Part shown: in pieces, positions 11,901-22,905 of the stretch | How the letters are laid out: the number at the start of each line of letters is the position of its first letter | Position numbering within the stretch: the stretch's first letter is position 1 | Assembly (NCBI RefSeq): GCF_030684315.1 | Contig: NC_081391.1 | Location: 13,431,342-13,495,341 of the forward strand | DNA: 64,000 nucleotides | Source of the DNA: Stegostoma tigrinum | Taxonomy: Eukaryota | Direction of reading: 5' to 3' | Notes under the pieces: generated by a model | What the model was told of the DNA's origin: nothing | Database searches by the model: none | Seen by the model: only the letters and a program-made list of their open reading frames with translations | Program-made: the position numbers and the translations under genes

Positions 11901-13119
11901 TGGGATTCACTCCTGAATATCCTTTTTAAGACTCCAGCAGATGGACACTGGTGCAAATGACTAATCTGGTACATTTTTATTCCCTGTGGTACAAGGATAC
12001 GTTCCTGAGCTTCCGGCTTCAGGTCAAGGATAAATGGGGCAAGGTGAAAGGAGTCACCAAGTAGCTAATGTTTTCTTTATCTGGACTTCAGGGATGGCAC
12101 AGTGGCTCAGTGGTTGGCACTGTTGACTCAGTGCCAGGGGCACCAGTTTGGTTCTGGCCTGTGACGAGAATTTAAACGTTATCCCAAAGCATGGCTTCCC
12201 CACACAGTAGAAAAGAGGATTGGCAACTTGAAATGCAGGTTACACGAACAGGGTGGGAATGGGACCAGATGGGATGCTCTTCAGCAGTTATGGTCTCAAT
12301 GGGGTGAATGGCCAGCTCCCATGCTGCAGGGATTCTGTTTCTAAAGCTTACCTGTCCTTCTCTCCATCCCCAGAAGCCAGAGAGGGATGAGTGGGGTAAC
12401 AGTCTGCAGGCAATGCAGGTTGCCCTGGATCTGGAGAAGAATGTGAACCAGAGTTTGCTGGATCTCCACCAACTCGCCACAGCACAGACTGACCCTCATG
12501 TAAGCTTCACCTCCTCATTCACATCACTGCTAGACTCTCAGGGTAATGTTTCATTGGTTGGTCTGTGTGGATTGGAAATTCACTAATGTAACACTTTCCA
12601 TCCATTACTTTCCTGAACTATTGTAACATTGATCACTTGGGATCATACTGATTACAATGAGGTATAAGGGGAATTTGATCTCGAATCTAGTGGAAGTGCT
12701 GAAATGACGTTGGCCACTGAGTTCTTCATTAGTATCATTGCAGTGGAATGATCATTGTCCATCACAATCCAACTCAGCTCCATTTCACAAACAGCAAGAT
12801 GCAGCAGCTGACATGTTGTCCTCACTGGCACAAATTCTCCAGGTGTTAGCTCGCTTTTCAGGGCTGTCCAGAGCTAGTCATGGCTAAGTCTGTCTTGCAG
12901 TGGGAATTCTGAAATTGTCTTGGATAGTATAAATGTACCAAGTGTCATATTCCTCTGTTGCAGCTGTGTGACTTCCTGGAGACTCACTATTTGGATGAGG
13001 AGGTGGAGATCATCAAGCAACTCGGGGACTACATCACCAACCTGAAGCGCCTGGGAGCCCCTGAGAATGGGATGGGAGAGTACCTGTTTGACAGGCTCTC
13101 CCTGGAGGACAGCAGTTAG
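8967..13119 (+). CDS. Ferritin copy B, intact 176-aa M/L-like subunit
   Basis: Exons 8967-9068, 10821-10967, 12374-12499, 12964-13119 (102+147+126+156 nt). They splice to [176 protein letters not shown]. Confidence 0.93.
9735..10060 (-). mobile_element. Old non-LTR LINE fragment in intron 1
   Basis: The reverse-strand peptide [16 protein letters not shown] resembles a LINE ORF2 C-terminal D.IQ.KA.R.I motif. Related sequence is found in intron 1 of the other copies (about 1790, 19180, 27690, 35780, 43930, 51960, 61600). Confidence 0.45.
12090..12337 (+). mobile_element. tRNA-derived SINE (HE1/V-SINE-like) in intron 2, ending just before exon 3
   Basis: Head GGGATGGCACAGTGGCTCAGTGGTTGGCACTG (A-box) and CR1-like tail GAATGGCC..CCATGCTGCAGGGATTCT. 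Paralogues at about 4355-4578, 21828-22140, 30055-30280, 38137-38385, 46549-46803 and 54365-54612. Confidence 0.75.
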
Positions 13120-14769
13120 TGTGGCCTGGAGTACTGTCTGCTTGGTCTGAATGCATTCCCCACTTCACCCCATGCAATCTGGCTCCTTCCAGGGAAAAGG
13201 GGCTTGTAGCAAAGCATGTAATAGCTGTACCAGCTGAATGGGAATGAATGAAATGTATTGATGTTGCTTCTTGTCCATCATTGAGACCCTTGATATTAAA
13301 GAGCTTTTGAGAGCTTCAAGCCTGTAATTTTGGCTAATGAAATTATTAATTTGACAAAATATTTCCCTGGTCTTCCCTCCAACACCACCGCAGCATCAGT
13401 CTCGGAATTCCCGTGGAACTTCCTCTAAGTTATGAATCGAAGTTATTCCCCCAGCCAGAACTTGAGGTTGGGGCCTGCGGGGTGTAAAATCAGTTTGTAC
13501 TATTATCTCACACCCAAGTATGATGAATACACGTGCAGCTAAAATTTTCATTGCTCTCAAAAGAGAAAACACCCCTGCTTTGCCGAAAGAAAGACTTGAC
13601 ACCCACTTTCACTGAAACAGGGCTGTTGGATGCTTTATGTTCATGTCTAGTTTGCTTAGCAATAGCTTCCCTGTCAACATCCACCAACCGAGACTTATTG
13701 CTAAAGTCCACACAAATCACAAGTTGATGCCAACGTAAATTCTGTGCCAGCTGGCTCGGCTTGCCTCAACAAGAGCTTAAGGGAAGAGACCCAGCAGCGT
13801 CCCCCCTCTAGCCTTGTGGAGGAAACAGCAATGCTGGGAGCAATAAACTTAAACTTAGCAACGGGGATCTGACACACCTGGTCTATTCTATTCAAATCAA
13901 TGTTATTACTTTCTCCGGACAGTGCATCCTAGATTCACTGAGACCCAGTTGAGGTTCAAGCCAAGACCAGCCCTGTGGCCTCCTGACCCCCACCACCAAC
14001 TGCCTGCCTCAGGACAGCCATCAGCAGTTGCTCACAATGACCAGTTCATTTGTTCCTTCGCCTGAGGAACATGCGCTGCTCTCCCAGGGGATATGGATTA
14101 AATACCCATTGTAGCTCGACAAGAAAGCTCACACGGGGGGAACCATTTCCCAGGAGTAATCCAAAGCTGTCCTAATGTGGTTTTGCTCCATTTCCTTCCT
14201 TGCTCTCTGCCAGGTCTTGGTCAGAAACACCACCACGCCTAGTAATAAACTTTAGGCCTGCCAGCCCAGAGATGGGAATATTCAGCACAAGTCTGCTTGA
14301 AAAAATTCACCTGAACTGGATGCACTTAATGCTACCGACAGCAGGATAACAGTGACCTGGGAATGACACAGCAACGCTCCTGGTTAAATGCTGCCATTTG
14401 ATTGGCTCTTGCTGCTAAAGCCAGCATTGAGCGCACTAAGCTGCTCCCTTGGTTCCTCTGAGCTTCCCCCACGGGGAGGGTTACTCCTGATGCAGGTTGA
14501 TTTCACCCGATCACATTGAAGGAGCAGTGTGACTCAGGGAGGAGACCTGCAGATGCTGACTTTCCTGAATGGTTGCTTCCTTTATCTTTCGAGGTGTCAG
14601 AGATCGTGGTTTAGGGAGGGGGCTATCAGAGACATCCTGGGGAATGTTTCAGGGAGTTTTGTAGCGAGTGCACACTGCAGCCTTCACTGAGGGTGTGGGT
14701 CTTTAAGGCACAGAATGTATTTGTTCCACCACGTAGAGTTTTATTTTAAACCATCTTGAGTCTTGCGTG

Positions 14770-15075
14770 TAGAATCCCTGCAGTGCGGGAAGAGGTTGTT
14801 CAGCCCATTTAGTCTGCACTGATCCTCTGAAGAGGTTGTTCAGCCCATTTAGTCTGCACTGATCCTCTGAACAGCATCTTGTTCAGACACACCCTGCCTT
14901 CTTACGCCATCTTTCCCACGGCCACTCCAAAATAAACTGCATGTCTTTGGACTGTGGGAGGAGTCCCACACAGGCACGGGGAGGATGTGCAGCCTCCACA
15001 CGTGACTGGAATTGACCCCAGGTCCCTGGCACTATGAGGCAGTAATGCTGACCATTAAAATACCCTGCCATCCAA
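14770..15075 (-). mobile_element. HE1/V-SINE-like SINE, intergenic
   Basis: Reverse complement of the V-domain-like TTCCTCCCACAGTCCAAAGACATGCAG and a tRNA-like head. Paralogues at about 24139-24420, 40700-40960 and 57055-57320. Confidence 0.78.
14789..14868 (+). repeat. Perfect 40-bp tandem duplication
   Basis: GAAGAGGTTGTTCAGCCCATTTAGTCTGCACTGATCCTCT occurs twice. It is single-copy at the paralogous sites near 24160, 40720 and 57075. Confidence 0.95.
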
Positions 15076-15864
15076 AAGTTACAAAAAACAGGAACACTCT
15101 TTTGCATAGAATTAGAGTGAATGACTCATTTCTTACGGAAACAGACCCTTCGGTCCTACCCGTCCATGCTGACGGGGTTTCCCAACCTGACATAGCCCCA
15201 CTTGCCTGCCTTTGGCCCATATCCTTCGAAACCATTCCTTTCCATGTAAATCTCCAAATGTCACTTAAATGTTGTAATTCTAACTACATCCACCACTGTC
15301 TCTGACAGCTCGTTCTAAACATACACACCACCTTCTGTATGAAAATGTTGCCCCTCATGTCCCCATCAAATCTTACCCCTCTCCCCTCAAACCGATGCCC
15401 TCTAATTTTGGACGCCCCCCCCCCTACCCTGTCCCAGCATGCTTTTTATATACAGTCAATCTTGAGTGTGCCAATGGCAAGGCTACATTTAGTGCTCAGC
15501 AACTGTTACACTTCAGGAGGTGGTGATGAGCTGCTTATTACAGTCCACCTGGTGTAGGAGAGACCGGAATGATGCTGCTGCTGTTGCTGAGGAGGGGCCA
15601 CTGGGATCTTCACTCACAAACACTGATATTATTCCAAGTCAGGATGGTGACGGATTTACTTGGAGCTGCTTCAGTGTCACTGGGGCGCCATTGAGCTGGA
15701 AAATTGCAAGCTTCTCCAGCATTATTCCCAACTTCAGTCTTATCGATGGTGGACAGACTCTGAAAAGTCTGAAGTAGAGTTATTCACAACAGAATTCCCA
15801 GACTCTGACTTGGTCTCAAAGCCATGAGCACATGAATTAGGACTGACCTCTGCCCATGGTTTCT

Positions 15865-17298
15865 TAGAAAATAGAACCTAGAACAGTGCAGCACAGTTCA
15901 CGCCCTTCAGCCCACGATGTTGTTTCGAACTTTTATCCTAAACCCAAGGCCTATCTCACCTCCACTACCTTATACTATCATCCATATGCTTATCTAATAG
16001 CCGCTTAATTGCCCCTAACGAGGCCGACTCCACGACACTCTCTGGCAATGCATTCCACGCCCCAGCCACTCTCTGAGTAAAGAACCTGCCTCTGACATCC
16101 ACCCTATATCTACCTCCACTCACTTCAAAACTATGCCCCCTCATAATAGCTAACTCCATCCTAGGAAAAAGTCCCTGGCTGTCTAATCTGCCTATACTTA
16201 TGATCATTTTGTACACCTCTATCAAGTCACCTCTCATCCTTTGTTCTGAAGAGAAAAGCCCTCGTTCTCTAAACGTTTCTTCGTAAGATCTTCCCTCCAT
16301 TCCAAGCAACATCCTGGTAAATCTCCTCTGCACCTTTTCTAACACTTCCACATCTTTCCTAGAATGAGGTGACCAGAACTGGTCACAATACTCTACATGT
16401 GGCCAAACCAGGCTTTTGTATAGCTGGAGCATAACTTCACAGCTCTTGAACTCAATCCCTCTATGAATGAAAGCTAACACACCACATGCCTTCTTAACAA
16501 CTCTATCCACCTGACTGGCAGCTTTCAGGGAACTGTGGACATGAACCCCGAGATCCATCTGCTCCTCCACACTGCCAAGAATCTTTCCGTTAACCCTGTG
16601 TTCTGCTTTCAAATTTGTCCTTCCAAAATGAATCACTTCACGCTTTTCAGGGTTAAACTCCATCTGCCACTTCTCAGCCCCACTCAATACCCGACCAATG
16701 TCCTTTTGTAACCTAGAACAGCCCTCCACACTATCCACAAGTCAAATCACCTTCGTATCTTCCAAAAACTTACTAATCCGCCATTCCACTCCTACATCCA
16801 AATCATTTAACAAAATCATAAATAAAAGAGGACCCCGAACAGACCCTTGAGGTACACCACTCGTAACTGAGCGCCATGTTGAATATTTTCAGTCAACTGT
16901 CACCCATGTCTTCTATGGGTCAGCCAATTCTGAATCCAATCTGCCACATTTCCCCCGTCGCATGCCTCCTGACTTTCTGCATGAGCCTGCCATGGGGAAA
17001 CTTATCAAAAGCCTTACTTCAATACATGTATCCCACATTCACTGATCTACCTTCATCCACATGTTTGGTCATCCCTTCAAAGAATTCAATCAGATTTGTG
17101 AGGCATGATGTACGCCTCACAAATCCACACTGGCCATCACAAATCATACTGTGCCTGTGCAAGTGATAATTAATTCTGTTTCTTAGAGCCCTTCCCATTA
17201 ATTTGCCCACCACTGGCATAAGACTAGCTGGCCTGTAATTTCCAGGGTTACCCCATTCCCTTTTTTGAACACATGAATAATATTCAAACTTGTCATTC
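15865..17298 (-). mobile_element. 5'-truncated CR1 LINE upstream of copy C
   Basis: ORFs 15965-16738 and 17019-17300 (NPGNYRPASL, CLTNLIEFFE, WQMEFNPEK). TAGAA-type tail at about 15865-15885. Confidence 0.95.
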
Positions 17299-18039
17299 AA
17301 AGCTAAAAGATAGCACTAGATTGCATCCTGCTTTTTGAAGCAGATATTGAGTGAAAGTAACTTGCTTCCACCAATCTGTACATCAGTGCTGTGATCAGAC
17401 TCGAACGTTCATTGGGGATCCTCAATTCCCAAAGCCTCACAGGCCACCAGTCCATGGGAGGCTGCTCCATTCAACGCAGTTTCTGAGCCATACATTCTAC
17501 AGAATGTAATGTAAACAGGACCAGCAACTCTCCACTTGGAAACATGCTGGACTTAAGCTCTCGATTTACTTCATTCAATTAAAAACCAAACTTTGCGAAA
17601 GAAAGTTTGCATGTGCTATACATTTCCAGCAGCAATGTAGACAGGGAGGTGTGAGGTCTACTATGCAGGAGAGGCACTCAGCACATTTAGCACCTTGCTT
17701 TTCAAACTGCACTTCATGAACCCAACGTCAAGGAGATCACAGCAGATTCAGAATGGATCCACAAAGGAATGAGCTTCCTGTATGAGGTAACCCAAAAGCA
17801 CATTGTTTCTGTCGCGGCACAGCAATAAGAAAATGTTTACTGTTAACAAAATCTGGCCATTTTTCAATGGGCTCCAACGCTGTTATTCAACAAGTACAAA
17901 GACTAATCCCTCAGAGTAACAAACTGACAGAATTCTGCCAATCTGTGATGAGTGTGTCTTAAGATATAATTTCAGATACAATCTTGAAGTTTTAGAGTAT
18001 ATTTCATTGTCATTTTCACAGAGAAATATTTCCAGGATT

Positions 18040-18245
18040 TGCACTTGTGCAGGAGGTCAAAGGTCAGTCAGCAATTCTATCATCGACCCGTTGTCAATTC
18101 TGATCGTTTTCTGGATCCAATTCCCATCCTGCACTGATTGGACGTGGCAGCTGATCAATTGATGAACGAGAGTGATCGACCATCACTGATGATCTCATTT
18201 CCTGCTCAAGAAAATAAAGGGCTGCTGCTCGAGTAAAAAAAATGT
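18040..18245 (+). promoter_or_regulatory. Conserved promoter block, copy C
   Basis: Perfect DR1 18054-18066. The proximal CCAAT is mutated (GATCGA) and the TATA is mutated. Confidence 0.6.
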
Positions 18246-18336
18246 CCCAAGAGAGTGATGTTTATGGTGTAGTTGGTTATCTTTCCAAGTTTGTTATTTG
18301 ATTTTGGAGGAAAAGGAAAGCTATTTTCTTCATAAA

Positions 18337-21300
18337 ATGGCCTCCCAGATTCGTCAGAACTATCACCAGGATTGTGAAGCTGCTGTCAACAAGCAGATTA
18401 ATGTGGAGCTCACTGCCTCCTATCTCTATCAGTCTTTGGTGAGTTTTGTCTTGATGGAGTTAAAATTAAATCTATTCTGCAAAAATGAGCTGATCCTCTT
18501 GTTTCAAATTAACTTCATAGTCTTGTAGATTTGAGGTGTTTAAGTTTGCACCTTTAAAAATCATTTTGGGATAAATGTAGTGCCCTTTGGTAACAATGGA
18601 TTTTGATATTGATGTGCAGTATCTAATTCACCAGCTGGGATTGAGTGATAGATGGAGGGCAAATTGTTCTGTCAATTATTTTACAATTTACTGCCAGGCC
18701 TTTGCCTGGTGGTAACTGTCATTTTCCTCCCCAGAATTGACCAAACTTTACTAAAATTAGATGTAATGGTGTTGAGAGTTGTATGCACCCCTTGGCTAGT
18801 CATCCTGTAACATTTTAATATACCTTGATCACACTTACTTTGTGCTCTGATCCTAAATACACATCATGCCAGTTTCCATTCTGTGATGGAGAATGATGGC
18901 AGTGACTGGCTTCTCTGAGCATATGCATGTGTAACTTGCATTGAGGAGGCCTCAGATGTGGACTAGTTGGCTTTCTGCATTCTCAGTTCATGAATGGACT
19001 GTTAGTGGTCAGGAAGTCACTTGTTGTCCATTCCTCCAATAGATCAATGCTCTCCTGTGAGTGCATGCACAGGGTGTCTGGAATAACCTGAGGTCTTCAC
19101 TTCACCAAAAAAGGTGAAGAATTGGAGTTTCAAATTCCCACGGTATGGGAAATGGTGCCTTTCTCCAGGGAGCACTGTGCCTATGGCCTCTCAAAATGGC
19201 AGGCTATAATGGTTTGGAAATGTTGAAGCAGCTTTTGAAGGCTGCTAGGTACCTGGTAGATAGTGGACACTAGGAGTGCATTCACTCACTCCCTTCAATG
19301 AGGTGGGCTGCTCTGTCCTGCATAGTGTCTGCTTTGTGCATGTTGCAGCTCCACTTCTTGGGGGGAAAAAGGGAGAATATTCATCCCTCGTGGGGCTTAT
19401 CACTGAGAAGCATTCTCTTCCCACACTTTCAGGATGAAATCCCTGTACCCTTCCCTTTAGCAGGTGGGAACAGCTATCACCAATAAGCCTGTTGGGTCTT
19501 AACTGTCAGTGGTGTCCCATATCAATTGGGCAGCATGTGCCCAAACAACCCACTATTGTACATCTGTAAGATGCAGCTACCCAAGTAAAGTCAGAGAAAG
19601 TTGCATAACTGTTTTTCGACAAAAGAAACTTCTCAGCCTGATCAGTAGGAACTAGATAACCTGCTCTAACAAGGTGTAGAGCTGGATGAACACAGCAGGC
19701 CAAGCAGCATCGGGGGAGCAGGGAAGCTGATGTTTTGGGCCTGGACCCTTGAGAAATGGGGAGGGGAAGAGGTCCCTGAAATAGCAAGGGGTGGGGAGGT
19801 GGATGGATGAGGGATCAAGAAACAGGTGGTGAGGAGACTCCGGTCTGAGGTGAGGATGGAGCCAATAAAGTCAAGTGAGTTGGGTAGGCCTGTCCAGGGA
19901 GGTGGGGATGGGGTTTGAGGTGGCGGTGGGGGTGGGGTGGGGTGGTGTGGGGAAGTAGGTGGGAGGAAGGATGGACAAGTTAGGGAGGTGGGGACTAGCT
20001 GAGCTGTGACTGGGGGAAGGGAGATCTTTCAGCTTAAGTCCTCACTGATACCATTGGGCTGCAGGGTTCCCAAGCAGAATACAAGGTGCTGTTCCTGCAA
20101 CCTTTGGGTGGCATTGGAGGCCCAGAATGAACATCAACTGTCCCCTCCTGCTCCTCTGGAGGGGAAGTAGTTTGTGACTGGGAGGTGCAGCTGCTGATCA
20201 CGAGCCCAGCATAGGCACTCCACAAAGTGGTGTCAAGCCTCTGCTCGGCTTTCCTGATGTAGAGGAGGCCACGTTAGGAACAGTGGGTACAGTATATCTC
20301 ACTGCAGATGTGTAGGTCCACTTCTTCTTGATGTGGAAGGTCTTGGGGCCTGGGATGAGGGGAGGTGTAGCACAATCTGTGTGGCAGGAAAAAAGCCCTG
20401 GCTAGTGGAATGGACAAGGGAATCAGTGGTCTCTCCAGAAGGCAGCTATGGTTGGGGAGGTTAAAAAAATGTCTTTGTCAGATCGTAGATGGTATAAGTG
20501 CCAGAGGATGCTGCACTGGATCCTGTCATTGAGGTGGTACTGAAGGATGAGAGGATTCTGTTTTGGTTGTGTGCGGGATAAGATGCAAGACCGGTTGTGT
20601 TTTTCTTCCACTAAAGGGAAGTTACGCTCCCTCGGAAAACGAGGACATCTGGGATGCCCAGGAGTAGAATGCCTCCCCTCAGGGCTGGAGGTGAAGGAAT
20701 TGGATTAGGGGAAGGCGTTTTCCTTCCACAGGAAGGTGGGTGAGGTGTAATCTTGGTAGCTGTAGGAGTCAGTAGGTTTGAAATAGATCAAAGATTGATC
20801 GACAAACTTAAGGTTGAGGTAGAAGGTTCTAATGAATTAGAGGAACCGTTCAAGCTCCTTGTGGGATGTAATGGAGGAAGATGTGGAGTTTATGGCCCAT
20901 CTCCCTGTAGAAGGATTGTTCCACATATCCTAACAGAAGCAGGCACAGCCTGGGCCCATGCAGGTACCTATGGCCACCCCCTTCCTCTGTAGGAGGTGGG
21001 AGGAATTGAAGGAGAAGTTAGGGGTGAGGATGAGTTGGCTAGTGGAAAAGCTTGTTGGTGAATGGGGACCAGTCAGACCTGCAGGATGAGAGAAGCAGAG
21101 GGCCTTCGGCTATCTCCACGGGGAATGGATGAGGTTGGAGGCTGTGGGTGGGAGGTCATCTGCAGTGAGGTTGTAGATGGACGAGGAGATGGTTTGGTGG
21201 TCAGGGGTGGAGTCATGATCAAGGGCGGGGTGGTAGGAGGTATCGGCTGCTCTTCCACACAAGTATATGTGGCACTCCAGCTCCTGGCGTTTCCTTAAAC

Positions 21301-22905
21301 CCTGTTCAGTCACGAACTTCATCCAATTCTGATGGTGCTTAGAGTGGAAATGCTCTTCTCTCTACAGACAAGAACAGGCCTGGGCACCTCAGGTTTTTGT
21401 CAAGGAATTTTAAAAAGTGTTTGCCTGGTTACCAGGAGGAGGCGAGGGTTGTTTTTGATGATCCTTGAACTGGAGCCACTGGCTCATTGGACAATGGTTC
21501 TCATCCACCTTGATGTATTCAAAAAATTCATGTTTATTGACTTCTCAATTTGATTGAAGGCTAAACCAGTCATGTCTGGCACCAATTGTATGATGCTTAA
21601 TGGATATAACTTGTTTTCTCCCAGATGTCCTACTTTGACCGGGATGATGTTGCCCTCCCCCATGTCTCCCAGTTCTTCCAAGATCAGTCCCAGGAGAAGC
21701 AGGAACATGCAGAGAAGCTGCTGAAATTCCAGAATCGGCATGGAGGCAGTCCTCCTCCAGGATGTGAAGGTTGGTGTTGGGTTTTTGGGGTGGGGGGAGT
21801 TGGGTGGTAGAGAGTGGCTGCTCCTCAGGGATGGCACAGTGACTCAGTGTTTCCCATGCATGCCTCAGTGCCAGGGATCCAAGTTTGGTTCTTGGTTCTA
21901 GGCTCCAGTGAATGACTGGAGTTGACTTGTTCTTGCCATGTCCACATTGGCTTCACGGTTCAATGACGTGTGGGTTAGAAGGATTGCCATTTAAAATGCA
22001 GGGTTACAGGAATAAGAAGGGACTTGTAGCGATGAATGTAGTGGCTGTACCTGCCGATTGGGGATGAATAAAATGATGTTGTGACCTTGGTTATTGTCAC
22101 CATGACTCAAATAGCCTGTTCCCATGCTGCAGAGATTGTGAAGCTTACCTGTCCTCTCTCCATCCCGAGAAGCCAGAGAGGGATGAGTGGGGTAACAGTC
22201 TGCAGGCAATGCAGGTCGCCCTGGATCTGGAGAAGAATGTGAACCAGAGTTGGCTGGATATGCACCGAGTTGCCACAGCCCAGACTGACCCTCATGTAAG
22301 CCTTCCCACCACCTCCTCATTCTGATCACTGCTAGGCCCTCAGGGCAACACCTCATTGGTCTTTTGTAGATTAAAATTCACTCGGATACTTGGATCACAA
22401 TATCATATCTGAACAGTATGTTCATTTAATCAACATCAAAGCAGCTCAGCTATGAGCTGAAATGGGAATTTGGATTCACTACCAGGAGTGATGTTGGCCA
22501 ATGAATTCACTTTCAGGGCCACTTGCATTAGAATGATCATCGTCTGTCACAGTTCAGCTCAGCTCCATTTCACAAACAAGAAGGTGCATCTGGAACGTTA
22601 CTGTCCTCACTGGCGCAACATCTCCTAGATGTCAGTGGCTTTTCCAGCTGTCGAAAGCTAGTTATGTTGGGGTCTGTTTCGCAGTGGGAATTCTGAAATT
22701 TTCCTAGATCATGCAAATGTACCAAGTTGCCATAATTCCTCTGTTGCAGCTGTGTGACTTCCTGGAGACTCTCTATTTGGATGAGGAGGTGGAGATCATC
22801 AAGCACCTTGGGGACTACATCACCAACCTGAAGCGCCTGGGAGCCCCTGAGAATGGGATGGGAGAGTACCTGTTTGACAGGCGCTCCCTGGAGGACAGCA
22901 GTTAG
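18337..22905 (+). pseudogene. Ferritin copy C, frameshifted
   Basis: Exons 18337-18438, 21625-21769 (145 nt; 2-nt loss, GGCAGTC versus GGCCGAGTC near 21747), 22170-22295 (weak GAG acceptor), 22750-22905. The TATA box is degraded to TAAAAAA at 18234. It has several private missense changes (SWLDMHRV, ETLY, DRRS). Confidence 0.88.
19666..21260 (-). mobile_element. Degenerate Penelope-like retroelement in intron 1 of copy C
   Basis: The reverse strand gives an RT-like GVAIGTCMGP (about 20950-20980) and a GIY-YIG-like IYCTHCS*RGLLYI (about 20255-20297). A terminal GCTGGATGAACACAGCAGGCCAAGCAGCATC segment is shared with the insert at 57446. Confidence 0.8.
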
